Shown here one piece after another: positions 1 to 10,119 of a DNA stretch of 64,000 nt. This stretch comes from an uncultured delta proteobacterium (lineage in GTDB: Bacteria > Desulfobacterota > Desulfobacteria > Desulfobacterales > B30-G6): contig CAWGLD010000003.1 in the NCBI GenBank assembly GCA_963823335.1, forward strand, positions 1-64,000, read 5' to 3'. Made by a program: the position numbers and the translations under genes. Each line of letters opens with the position of its first letter. Position 1 is the first letter of the stretch. Below the pieces are notes generated by a model. It made no database searches, was not told the DNA's origin, and saw only the letters and a program-made list of their open reading frames with translations.

Positions 1-1525
1 CTGGCCTCGGCCGCCATGGAGACCACGACATCATAACCCATGACCTGGTAGCATATCTGGTTGACCAGCTCGGGAATCACCGGATTGACCTTGCCCGGCA
101 TGATGAGCTGACCCTGGCTGAATGGGTGGCAGATTGATCTCATTAAGACCGCAGCGTGGGCCCTGAGACATCCAGCGTCAGATCATTGCAGATTTTGATC
201 GTCTGAACGGCAGCCCGTTTCATGGTGGCCGACATCTGGCGAAGACACCGGCGTTCTGGGTGGCTTCAACAAGATTTCGGGCTCTGCGCAGCGTGAAACC
301 GCTGACGTACTGACAGTTTCCGAGTGACGAGATCGGCATAGCCCGGCGGGCTGTTTATGCCGGTTCCAATGGCGGTTGCCCCCATGTTGATATCTAGGAA
401 TTCATCACTCGGTGCGATCCAGTGCTGTCGCGGCACTTTCGATCATGACGGCATAAGCAGAAAATTCCTGGCCCAGGGTCATGGGGACAGCATCCTGATT
501 TTCTGTGCGTCCCATTTTCAGCACATCGGCAAATTCTTCGGCCTTGGCTTCCAGTGCTTGCTTGAGTTCCTCCATGGCACCCAGCAGATCTTTTAACGAC
601 AGCAAAACCGCCAGTTTGATGGCTGTCGGATAGGCGTCATTGGTAGACTGGGAACAGTTGACATGATCATTGGGATGCAAATAGTCATATTCCGCTTTTT
701 TGTGACCCAGGATTTCCAGGCCCCGGTTGGCGATCACTTCGTTGGCATTCATGTTGGTGGAGGTGCCTGCTCCTCCCTGAAACATGTCAACGGTAAAGTG
801 GTCGTGTAATTTTCCGGCCAGCAGGTCATCACATGCTTCGCAGATGGCCTTCATTTTATCTTCGTCCAACACACCCAGTTCGTGATTTGCCAGTGCAGCG
901 CCTTTTTTGACAAAGGCCAAGGCTTCGATCATGTGTTCAAAATTTTTAACGAAAACGCCGGAAATGGCAAAGTTCTCCATGGCCCGCAGGGTCTGCACGC
1001 CGTAGTAGGCCTTTTCAGGCAGTTCGCGCTCACCAGGGAATCATGTTCCAGGCGAAAATCCCCCACCAAATGCGCCGGACTTTCAACACTGACCTGGTGC
1101 TGTGAAAGCATTCGCAAACGCTCGCTGATACCCGCGGCCACGCGGGCCATAATCCTATAAAAAATGTCCGGCTTCTCCTCCCGAAAGGCCTCGATCTGAT
1201 CGCGCGACATCTGCCAGACCGTTGTTCCCTGGCGGGTGAATGCGCCGTTGGCGTGCGCCTCGTCATCAAGGAATTCGCCTTCACTGATCATGGCGCCAGG
1301 TGCCAGGACAACGAGATGTTTCGTGGCGCCATGCAGGCCGCGTACGATTTCCACTTCTCCTTCCACAACCAGGCCGGCCCATTGCCGCGGGGTGGATTCG
1401 TGAAACAGCCATTCTTCGGCATCATACGTTTTCTGCTCACCACGGGAAAAAAAATCCTGCAAATCAGACATGGGTGCCCCCATTCGTTTGGATGCCCTTT
1501 GAAGTACTTCATCGATTTTGTTCAT
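1..1525 (-). CDS. aspA: Aspartate ammonia-lyase with N-terminal cyclic-nucleotide-binding (CAP_ED-like) domain; frameshifted in this sequence and 3'-truncated by the window edge
   Basis: ATG at 1525 with SD AAAGGAG. The N-terminal ~160 aa resemble a cNMP-binding fold ([23 protein letters not shown]). Restoring one G near 1035 gives [29 protein letters not shown], the AspA N-terminus. [13 protein letters not shown] and [11 protein letters not shown] are present, and [12 protein letters not shown] lies at ~68-103. Confidence 0.85.
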
Positions 1526-1626
1526 GATTTTTGCTCCTTTTAAATCACTGCTACGTTTTCCAATCAGGAATATTGATTGTTGCTCCAAACGTTTAAAGGT
1601 TAATTACGAAAACATGACACTCACAC

Positions 1627-2939
1627 TCATAATACAAGCGGCGCCAACAGGAAACCGAAAGTCACTGCCAGAGTAATGCAAATGACGCCGGGGATCAAAA
1701 AAGGATGATTGAACACATATTTACCGATGCGGGTAGAGCCGGTATCATCGAATTCGATGGCCGCCAGCAGCGTCGGGTAGGTCGGCAATACGAACAAGGC
1801 GCTGACAGCTGAAAAAGCTGCGATCGCGGCCACCGGGCTGACGCCCAGTGCGATGGCTGCGGGCATTAGAGCCCGGGTGGTCGCCGGCCTGGGAGTAAAG
1901 CAGCATAGCAGCGAAAAACAGCACCACAGCGAGCATCCACGGTTTGGACTCCAGCAAATTTCCGGCAAATACGTTGATCTCATCGATATGGGCGGCCACA
2001 AAAGTGGTGCCGAGCCAGGCAACCCCCAGGACACACACACAGGCACTCATACCGGATTTGAAAGTCGCAGCGTTCAGGACTTGATTGCAGTCGATCTTGC
2101 AAAACAGGGCAATCGCAGGCAGCGGCCGCCAACATAAACGTCATAATAGCCGCATCGCGTTCCAGGACCGGATCTTCGATCAGGCCGACAGTGCTGCTGA
2201 TGGCCATTGCATAACAGACCACAGCGATAATCGCGATCAGAAAAATCAGCACCGACGTTTTGGCGCCCGCTGGAAGCTCCTGTTGCTGCTTTTCTTTATC
2301 AGTAGGCATCGCCACAAGGCCTTTGGCAAGGCGTTCCTGGTAAACCGGATCATCTTTTAGATCCTTACCCAGAAAATTCGTTACGAAAGCAGCCAGCATC
2401 ACGGCTGTAAAAGAGGTGGGAATGCATATGATTAATAGTTGCACATAGTCGACCCCAACCGGTTCCAGTTCGCTCGCAAAGAAGATGACGGCCGCTGAGA
2501 TGGGCGAGGCTGTGATGGCAATCTGCGAGGCGACGGTGGCGATCGCCAGCGGACGCGACGGGCGGATCCTTTCTTTGGCAATTTCCGCAATCACCGGCAG
2601 GGTGGAGAAAGCCGTGAGCGCCGGTACCGGCAAAGACGGTCATGGTGTAGGTTACCACCGGCGCCAGGAAGGTGATGTATTTGGGGTTGCTGCGCAGAAT
2701 TTTTTCCGCCAGGAACGGACCATATAATCCAGGCCGCCGGCCACCTGCATGGCGGCGATGGCCGCGATGACGGACATGATGATCAGGATGACATCGATCG
2801 GGATGCTGCCCGGTTTGAGGCCGAAACCCAGCGCAAGCACCAGCACGCCGAAGCCACCGGCAAACCCGATGCCGATGCTTCCCAGACGGGCACCCAGCCA
2901 GATAAAGAATAAAACGACCAGAAGTTCGATGATCCACAT
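1627..2939 (-). CDS. dcuA: Anaerobic C4-dicarboxylate transporter DcuA family, split by several frameshifts
   Basis: Fragments 2652-2939 (LGARLGSIGIGFAGG, AAMQVAGGLD), 1980-2633 (ASQIAITASPISAA) and 1627-2046 (FVLPTYPTLLAAIEFDDTGSTRIG..NHPF) match DcuA/DcuB motifs. Adjacent to aspA, as is typical. Confidence 0.85.
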
Positions 2940-2960
2940 TGTTTTTTCCTTTCTTTACTT

Positions 2961-3473
2961 TCAAGGGATCCGATAGGAACCGCTGATATCTTCGGTGTAA
3001 CCCGTAAACATGCTCCGGTCCTTATCGATAAAAGTGGATGTCCAGGTAAAGGTAAAAGTGCCTGTAACCCCTTTCAGGCTGCCGGTACCGCCAACGAATT
3101 CTCCGATGATCTTGACACCTTCTTTTAGCGGTTGTCCGCTGAGAACACTGTAAGCCTTTTCACCTTTCAGGCTCCGCCAGACGCAGCGAACCGAGCCGCC
3201 CGCCGCTGAATCCGACAGGCCGATGCACTCGGCCCAGAAATCATCTATCCCACCAAATTGATCTTTGAGGCTGACATTGCCTGCCAGTTTGAAAGTGCCA
3301 ACATCTCTACCCTCCACAAAGTCGAAGGGCTGACGTTTGCCGCTGGCTATCCAGGTTCCCGCGAAGGTTCCGGCCTGCTCCGCTGATGCCGCCTGTACCG
3401 CAAGAACGGCTGTGAAGGCAAAGATGACGAAAATCGCCAATCCCAGTATCCCGGCCGTGATACGATCTGTCAT
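2961..3473 (-). CDS. Hypothetical exported beta-rich protein
   Basis: 170-aa ORF with SD AGGAGG, a hydrophobic N-terminal signal-like segment and a Gly/Thr/Phe-rich body. Confidence 0.65.
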   Translation of the reverse strand: MTDRITAGILGLAIFVIFAFTAVLAVQAASAEQAGTFAGTWIASGKRQPFDFVEGRDVGTFKLAGNVSLKDQFGGIDDFWAECIGLSDSAAGGSVRCVWRSLKGEKAYSVLSGQPLKEGVKIIGEFVGGTGSLKGVTGTFTFTWTSTFIDKDRSMFTGYTEDISGSYRIP

Positions 3474-4153
3474 AATCTTTCCTCCTTTGTTAAATGAGGT
3501 TTGGATATTTATTGTTAGGACATACTTTATTACGGCTAAAAGAAAATAGAAAATCGTATTTTGCCAAATTATTATATTGTGGCCGACAATACAAGACCGA
3601 CAAAGTGGTAAAAAGAAGGGAGTGAACGATAAACGCTGGATTCTTAAATTTTGAATTTACGGACCTATTTGTCATCGTGCTCCTAAGGGGGGTGTTCAAT
3701 TGTGTTTCTCGCTCCGAATGATGTTCTGGCAGCAAGTCCGGAATCAGTATTAGATGGACAATTCATTTTTGTATTGCCCAGATACTTTTTCCAACATTAA
3801 TAATTGTGTATCATTATCAAAGATTTCTTCATGAATTAGCGGCAACCAGATTGTTCTAAATATAATAGATTTGATCAAATTTTCATATTTGTAGCAGCAT
3901 AATATGATTAAATCTATTAAATAAATATGATACGGTTCAGTGGTTCTAATCTTCACTTATAAGGACGCATTTCTGGTAGGGTATTATGGCATCAGGGCTG
4001 GCCTTGCATATCAATTGAAGATCACAACTGAAACCAGACCTTTGATACGAGAATAGTAACAAGGAGCAAAAATGTGTTTAATCGTCATTCTATGTAATAA
4101 TAGGTCACTTATTTTAATGTATGAGGGTAGAAATAGGGTAGAAACAAATTAAA

Positions 4154-4183
4154 AAGGACTTACTGGATGTTTAGTAAGTCCTT
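4154..4183. repeat. Inverted repeat just 3' of tRNA-Arg (terminator or att-site symmetry)
   Basis: AAGGACTTACT-N8-AGTAAGTCCTT perfect 11-bp stem. An 11-bp tandem repeat AGGGTAGAAA(T/C) lies at 4124-4145. Confidence 0.6.
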
Positions 4184-4191
4184 GATTTTAT

Positions 4192-4267
4192 TGGTGCCCC
4201 CGGCAGGAATCGGACCTGCGGCACATGGATTAGGAATCCAATGCTCTATCCACTGAGCTACGGGGGC
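4192..4267 (-). tRNA. tRNA-Arg(CCT)
   Basis: 76-nt cloverleaf GCCCCCG...CGGGGGC-A-CCA with anticodon loop TT-CCT-AA. The T-loop reads TCCGATT. Confidence 0.9.
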
Positions 4268-4290
4268 ATTTAGATAAGAAAAACAGTTAG

Positions 4291-5027
4291 TTAAGACTCA
4301 GAATGCACCTTGATTTTATCGTCAGATTGGTGAATTGTGCCCGAGATTGTGCCCGCGACGGATTTTAGGTATTCATCCTGCCTTTTGGCAGCAAGCTTCA
4401 GGTTGCTGTCATTGACAATGTTATACCGGTCAAAGACAGACCTTGTTTTGAACCCTGAAATCGTCATGGCTACACGCTCGGGGATTCCAGACCGAACCAT
4501 GTTTCTAACAGCGGTCCTTCTGAAATCGTGGAAATGTCTTATGCCAATCTTGGCGTCTTTGCAAGCATTTTTCCAGGCTTTGTCGAACCGTTTGATCCGG
4601 TCATTTCCATGAATATTCAAGAAAACGTATGGCAATAGATTGGGTCTATTCTCCCAGTGATTCTTAAAGATTTGTTTTATACCGCTTGTCATAATAATGT
4701 TCCGAAAATAGGATGGCGGCATAAGGGGTTGTAGCAGAAAAAAGGTCCTCAATCGGAACGTTTTTCTGACAACCCCTATAGCTCTGGATCAAGATAGACT
4801 GTTCTGGCTTCATCGTTTTTCGTCTCACCGACTTCCAACCGAACAATGCCCTGTTCACGATCAACCTATGGCCAGGTCAAGGTGGCTATTTCCAAAATGC
4901 GCCAGTCCGCTTTATAGGCAAATGTAATGAAATATTTAAGATGAGAGCATAAGGCGTTTCGAACGGCAAGAAATTCACCATGTTCGAAAAATTCCTTGCG
5001 AGCATTGTTTTCTTGCAACATGGGTAC
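4291..5027 (-). pseudogene. Tyrosine recombinase/phage integrase remnant
   Basis: Reconstructed frame [58 protein letters not shown][insertion][32 protein letters not shown]. It has an in-frame TAG at 4866-4868, a 99-bp insertion and no N-terminus, and the usual GH motif reads GF. Confidence 0.85.
4680..4778. mobile_element. Nested miniature insertion(s) within the integrase pseudogene
   Basis: Removing 4680-4778 plus one TA restores GAT CCA GAG CTA AAA CAA (DPELKQ). The inner 54-bp unit 4724-4777 has imperfect terminal inverted repeats AGGGGTTGT(AG)CAGAAAAA and is flanked by ATA on both sides. Confidence 0.7.
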
Positions 5028-5340
5028 CTAAAATGCAAATATAAAGTTTATCTCAAATCTATTGGGAAATTAGGAACTATTTCAGAATTTAAGAAATTGG
5101 TTGTAGAGCTAAAACAAAATTACACGAATAATGCGTACAAAATATCGTTAAAACCTTAGCCAAGTGGATTGTGTAATGTAGCTGTCAAAATCATTGATAT
5201 GCTTGCTGAGGAAGTCTTGGTTGCTGAAAGGGTCTGAAAAACAAGCTCCCTCATCACCAAGACCGCCGCACTTTTGTGTAAAATAAACACAATTAAATTT
5301 AATAGATTAATATCATAAAGATTCATAGCAATATCTATTA

Positions 5341-5418
5341 ATTGAACCGCAACAGCGAGCGCATTCCCCGTAGGTTCTGCCGTGCGGCAGTGCTTCGCAT
5401 GCTGCGAGGTTCTTCAAT
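5341..5418. repeat. MITE-like palindromic repeat, copy 1 (ATTGAA...TTCAAT ends)
   Basis: Near-identical to 49569-49626 over ~45 bp and shares the end GCTGCGAGGTTCTTCAAT. An inverted relative lies at 58888-58968. Confidence 0.8.
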
Positions 5419-5435
5419 TCAGGGAGAGATAAACT

Positions 5436-5921
5436 ATGTTTGCTGAGCTCAAAAAAAACAAGATAATGGTTGTTGTATTCAAAAAAATAAAGATAACTGC
5501 AGTATTGGTTAGTTTCATCGTTTTTGCAGTGGCTTCAATAGCCGGGAATTATGTGAGAACAAACTTTATATTGAAAAAACAAGTGAAAATTTATGTGATC
5601 CAGAACATGCCGTCTGATCTCTCAGAGGAAGAACGCAAGGAAAAAGCAAAATCCCTTTATTTTGAGTTTATGGCGAAGTCTATTCAAAGGGCTACCTCTC
5701 TGGCAATTCTCCTGGTAGCTTTTCTGGTTGCCGGGTATTCTGCCGGAACCATGTCAGATTATCATATTAATGCGGTTATCGCTGCAATTGCTGCAGCATT
5801 GCTTTTTGCGTCCAAAATGAATTCAGTCGCTTACTGGGTGACCATGTTGTTTGGTTTGGGTTTTGCCCTGGTTGGATCAAAAATCGCTTTTTATCGAAAA
5901 CAGCGAATGAATAGGGGTTAG
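5436..5921 (+). CDS. Hypothetical membrane protein
   Basis: 161-aa ORF with SD GGGAG and about four hydrophobic segments. Confidence 0.65.
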   Translation: MFAELKKNKIMVVVFKKIKITAVLVSFIVFAVASIAGNYVRTNFILKKQVKIYVIQNMPSDLSEEERKEKAKSLYFEFMAKSIQRATSLAILLVAFLVAGYSAGTMSDYHINAVIAAIAAALLFASKMNSVAYWVTMLFGLGFALVGSKIAFYRKQRMNRG

Positions 5922-6030
5922 TTATCTGACGTAATCCTGGCTTCTTTGCAAGCTTTTTGCAAGTCTTGTCAAATCAGAATAAAGGGCAAGGTATTTCTCG
6001 AAATGACAAATCGCGCATTTATAAAGAAAC

Positions 6031-6189
6031 TCAAGACCGGTAAACTTCTTCAACCAGTTCCCTGAACCAGACTGGTTTCTGATAGAGAACATAGATGAGT
6101 AAAAAGGTAGCTATGGGTATGGGGATGAATATATCGGCCAATGCCATGGCTATCAGAAAGATAAGTATCTTTGTGTTCGTATTCATCAT
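6031..6189 (-). CDS. Small hydrophobic hypothetical protein (52 aa), below the ORF-track cutoff
   Basis: MMNTNTKILIFLIAMALADIFIPIPIATFLLIYVLYQKPVWFRELVEEVYRS*, with SD GAGG just upstream. Co-oriented directly downstream of the GGDEF gene. Confidence 0.65.
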   Translation of the reverse strand: MMNTNTKILIFLIAMALADIFIPIPIATFLLIYVLYQKPVWFRELVEEVYRS

Positions 6190-6229
6190 ACAACCTCATT
6201 CTTAACGCGAATGTTTTACAAACCGCATG

Positions 6230-7615
6230 CTAAGCACGCGATAGGGTTTTTCCTATGCAACAATCGCGTCCTTTCATTTTTGCCTCGTAAAGTGCCTTGT
6301 CGGCCAGCCAGATGAATTTGTCCTCGGGAAGCGCATTGCCGGGAAATCCGCTGCTGGCCCCAATTGTTACCGTGACATGATCGGCAACAGGGGATTTATC
6401 GTGTCTGATGGAGAGCCGGCAGACGCTATTCCGGATGTCTCTGGCCAGATGCAGAGCGCCTTCGAGGGTTGTGTTAGGCAAAATAATGACAAATTCATCC
6501 CCGCCATACCGTGCGGTCATATCCGAGGGACGTCCAAGGGTGGAGTTGATGGTCTGGGCGATATCCTTGAGGCATTGATCGCCTTCGAGATGGCCATAAG
6601 TGTCATTAAAATCCTTGAAGTAGTCTACATCACAGAGTAGCAAGGCCAGGGCGCCTTTTTCACGTTTCAGACGCCCCCATTCTTGATGGAGTAACTCGTC
6701 AAAATGGCGTCGGTTGGAAACATTTGTCAGACCGTCAATCCGGGCCAGAACTTCAAGCTTGTTGTTGGCCGCGAGCAGATCCCTCTGTGCCTTTTCGCTT
6801 ACAGTGATGTCCTCCATGACAATCACCCGGGAGTCACGGTCGTGGTTGGAGGGTGCCACAGATACATCAAGGAGCCGGTTGTGGACCGACAATCTGATGT
6901 GACGTTCAACCGAATCGCCGGGTGGTGCAGAGGCATTGACCATGGGCAAAAAGAGCTCAGCAATGTCGATCTGTAATATTCGGGATATATAACTGCCCAA
7001 CATGGTCTCAGCAGGTATAGAAAAAAAACGCAGGGCCGCTGGATTGGCGTAAATAATACGTTTGTTTTGATCAATTTCGATAATACCGTTGGATATGCTG
7101 TCAAGCATGATGCGAAAATGCTCGTTGATGTTCAATAGTTCGTTGGTGATATTGCGAGGTGAAAGATCTTCCACCCCCAAAACCCGGTTGCCCAGCGTTG
7201 GGTCCGACAACAACCGGGGGTCATCTAAAAATTTGTTTATGATGACTTCCATTTCGGCAAAGGCTACTTTAGCGATACAGATGTTGGCGCCCAGTTTTAC
7301 CGTATTGATTGCTTCTTCGGCTGCTATGGCGGAAATAATAACGATGGGTGTTGTCTTGAACTCTTTTTTGCTTCTTATGATTCGGCACAAGGCACGCCCG
7401 TCTATGTTGGGCATTACCAGATCGATAAAAAAAAGATCGGGGGTGTAGGTTTCTAGGGTATCAATGGCAGTGACACCATCGCTGGCGGTTACAACCTGCA
7501 AACCGGCTTTTCCGAGTATTCTGGAGAGAAATTTGAGCATAATGGGATCGTTATCAACTGCAAGTACCTTTTTCAGTTGAAGGACAGAACTCGTATCGCT
7601 AAGCGTAGCCGGCAT
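6230..7615 (-). CDS. Response regulator-PAS-GGDEF diguanylate cyclase
   Basis: Receiver domain (VLAVDND..FFIDLVMP), a PAS-like segment (IIYANPAA), DGLTNVSNRR, the RxxD I-site RPSD and an intact YGGDEF. Confidence 0.9.
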   Translation of the reverse strand: MPATLSDTSSVLQLKKVLAVDNDPIMLKFLSRILGKAGLQVVTASDGVTAIDTLETYTPDLFFIDLVMPNIDGRALCRIIRSKKEFKTTPIVIISAIAAEEAINTVKLGANICIAKVAFAEMEVIINKFLDDPRLLSDPTLGNRVLGVEDLSPRNITNELLNINEHFRIMLDSISNGIIEIDQNKRIIYANPAALRFFSIPAETMLGSYISRILQIDIAELFLPMVNASAPPGDSVERHIRLSVHNRLLDVSVAPSNHDRDSRVIVMEDITVSEKAQRDLLAANNKLEVLARIDGLTNVSNRRHFDELLHQEWGRLKREKGALALLLCDVDYFKDFNDTYGHLEGDQCLKDIAQTINSTLGRPSDMTARYGGDEFVIILPNTTLEGALHLARDIRNSVCRLSIRHDKSPVADHVTVTIGASSGFPGNALPEDKFIWLADKALYEAKMKGRDCCIGKTLSRA

Positions 7616-7723
7616 ATGAATTTTTCCTTAGTATTGTTTTGATGTCCTGAGGGCGTTTTGAAACAATATGGAGCGTGAGAGACCGTTGCACTGAGTATGA
7701 AAAAGCTGCCACATTTTTCCCAA

Positions 7724-9775
7724 CTATTCTACCTTCAAGACCTGCCCCGGAAAGATTTTATTCCTGGGGGTCAGACTGTTAATACGCAGAAAATGCCCGA
7801 GAGACATGTTGTGGCGTTTGGCGATTTTGTAAGGACTGTCACCTCTACGCACGAGATATTGGTTGGTGCTGGTGGCAATTGGGGCTTCATCGCGGTATTC
7901 CGTTATTTTCAGCCGCTGCCCTATATATAGGTTGGTATTTTTCAGACCGTTCAATTCCTGGATCTTTTGGGTAGTGGTCTCATATCTCCGGGCAAGGTTC
8001 CAGAGGGAATCGCCGCTGCGCACTCTGTGGATGATGGTTTTTCCGGTGGGGTTCTTTACGGCGCTGTCGGTATGGGCTATGACGGTTCCCCGCTGGGGAA
8101 TTTTCAACATTTTTCCGGCTACGATCATATGTGACGACCGGAGATTGTTGGCCTGCATAATGCGCCGGACACTGGTTCTGTATTTGTCGGCAATACCGGA
8201 AAGGGTTTCACCGGACCGGACGCGATGGGTCACGTAGGCCGGTCTGGGGGGATGCGAAACAGGGATACTCTCGATGGATGCCAGCAGTTGACCGGTCTTT
8301 GCCGGCGGTACTTTCAAGAGATAGCTTTCCGGCGGCAGGATGTTGTAGCGAAGCTCGGGGTTCAATTCTTTCAGTACCTTACTGGATTCGCCTATTTTAC
8401 TGGCGATGTCTGTCAACTGCACCTGCCTGGACACCTCTACGATTTCGAAATCGAGGGGGATGTCCGGAACAACCGATCCGAGTCCGTATTTGTCGGCATT
8501 ATTGATAATATGAACGGTGGCCAGAAATCTGGGAACATACCGGGCTGTTTCCCTGGGAAGACGCTCATACAAGTCCCAGAAATTGTCGAGATAATTGATA
8601 TTCTGGCCGCGGATGAGCCGTAGCACCCGGCCTTCTCCACAATTGTAGGCCGCAAGTGCCGTTATCCAGTCTCCAAAAATAGCGTGCAGTTCCTGCAGAT
8701 AGGCAATGGCGGCTTCGGTCGATTTAGCGGGATCGATACGTTCATCGATGTACTGGTTGCGTTTTAAGCCGAATTTGTAACCGGTGGATGGAATAAACTG
8801 CCAGAGGCCGAGCGCCCGGGCCTTGGACAGGGCTTTTACCTGGAATCCGCTTTCGATGAGGGGCAGCCAGGAAAGTTCTTCGGGCATTCCGGCCTCTTTG
8901 AGTTTGGAAAGGATAAAGGGTCGGTACTTTCCTGACCGGACCAGGGACTGCTTGAAAAAATTCTTTTCCCCGCCCTGGGTAAAAAGTCGAATTTCGGCCT
9001 GAACGTGGCGGTTCATCTCCAAGGGAATGGCATTGTGACTGCCATTTACCACCGTGTTGCGCGATGCGTAAATTTCAAGAATGCGCTTGGAGATAAGGAA
9101 GCGAAGATCTTCCTTCTGCTGCATCTGCTGCGGCTGGTCTTCGTGTTCGATGTCCAGAATCAGGGAATAGGCCTGGTCAAGCGCTTCAAGGGCATTGTCA
9201 AGTTCTCCCTTTTGCCAGAATTCTTGAGCGGCTTCGCAAAATCCAAGCGCCTCGTCAAGGGTCATCTGGGTCGTCTTTTGGGAAGGCGGCGATTGATCGA
9301 TTACCGGCTCCGGTATCTGCGCGTCCGTTTCTTCCGGCAGAGACTCTTCCGCCAGAAACTCTGCCGGAAGATATGGTGTCTGACCATCTTGGGGTTGTAA
9401 TTGCTGCAGAGCGGCTATACTGAGTGTTTTATCAAGGATCTTCTCTTCAGCAATGTTCGATTCTACAATGTCTTCATCCTCCGGGGTATCAGGCAGGTGT
9501 TTGTCCAGCGTTTCATCATCGGCTTTTTCTGTCGGCAACGCTTCTTCCACGGATATTTCGGGTGTCTGGGCCACTGGATCAGAGGGCATTTCCGGAGAGA
9601 CAACGTCATCTCGCAGCAGTCCAAATTCATTGTTGGGCGTCTGCTCAGATGACACTTCAGGTTCGTGCGCCAGATGCTGGCAGCCGGCCAATAAAAAGAA
9701 AAAAAGGTACAAACACAGGGGGTATAAAAAACCCTTCCATGCCTGGTGCTTGGTATGGTCTGTTTCATATTGCAT
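7724..9775 (-). CDS. Membrane-bound lytic murein transglycosylase with three LysM domains (MltD-like lipoprotein)
   Basis: Lipobox LAGC, SLT motifs IESG, GLWQF and AAYNCGEG, and three LysM repeats (HRVRSGETLSGIA, HRVRSGDSLWNLA, YLVRRGDSPYKIA). Confidence 0.9.
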   Translation of the reverse strand: MQYETDHTKHQAWKGFLYPLCLYLFFFLLAGCQHLAHEPEVSSEQTPNNEFGLLRDDVVSPEMPSDPVAQTPEISVEEALPTEKADDETLDKHLPDTPEDEDIVESNIAEEKILDKTLSIAALQQLQPQDGQTPYLPAEFLAEESLPEETDAQIPEPVIDQSPPSQKTTQMTLDEALGFCEAAQEFWQKGELDNALEALDQAYSLILDIEHEDQPQQMQQKEDLRFLISKRILEIYASRNTVVNGSHNAIPLEMNRHVQAEIRLFTQGGEKNFFKQSLVRSGKYRPFILSKLKEAGMPEELSWLPLIESGFQVKALSKARALGLWQFIPSTGYKFGLKRNQYIDERIDPAKSTEAAIAYLQELHAIFGDWITALAAYNCGEGRVLRLIRGQNINYLDNFWDLYERLPRETARYVPRFLATVHIINNADKYGLGSVVPDIPLDFEIVEVSRQVQLTDIASKIGESSKVLKELNPELRYNILPPESYLLKVPPAKTGQLLASIESIPVSHPPRPAYVTHRVRSGETLSGIADKYRTSVRRIMQANNLRSSHMIVAGKMLKIPQRGTVIAHTDSAVKNPTGKTIIHRVRSGDSLWNLARRYETTTQKIQELNGLKNTNLYIGQRLKITEYRDEAPIATSTNQYLVRRGDSPYKIAKRHNMSLGHFLRINSLTPRNKIFPGQVLKVE

Positions 9776-9865
9776 AATTATAACCTACATTCTGGCGTCG
9801 AAGGAATATACAAGAAGGTCTTCCACTGTCAAGGTTTTTATCCCAAGGTTGAGCTTCGGTTGCTT

Positions 9866-9993
9866 TGATTGTTCTACAAACCGCGTGCTTGGCACGCGGT
9901 TCCGAACCTGAACTTACGGAGACATGCCGTCTCCTAATCATTTTCCGTTTTGCGGGAAATGAAAGCCACCCGTTTTACGGGTGGTAGCTTACT
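9866..9993. repeat. ~130-bp multi-hairpin repeat, copy 1; IS200/IS605-end-like non-autonomous element
   Basis: Direct repeat of 10120-10249 with four hairpins. It ends AAGCCACCCGTTTTACGGGTGGTAGCTTAC. Confidence 0.7.
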
Positions 9994-10119
9994 TTGCACC
10001 CTAAGCGTATCATACTATATATTGTATTAAGCTTTCCTTTAAACACACACTATATAGGGAAAGCTGCCTCATATGTCAAGTCAAATACGGTCTGAGGCCG
10101 GTGCCTCATTTATTCTTTC

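Noticed and set aside
3490-3956. Short AT-rich ORFs 3490-3735 and 3750-3956
   Set aside because: Non-ATG starts, no clear SD and no motifs. Probably non-coding or decayed island DNA.
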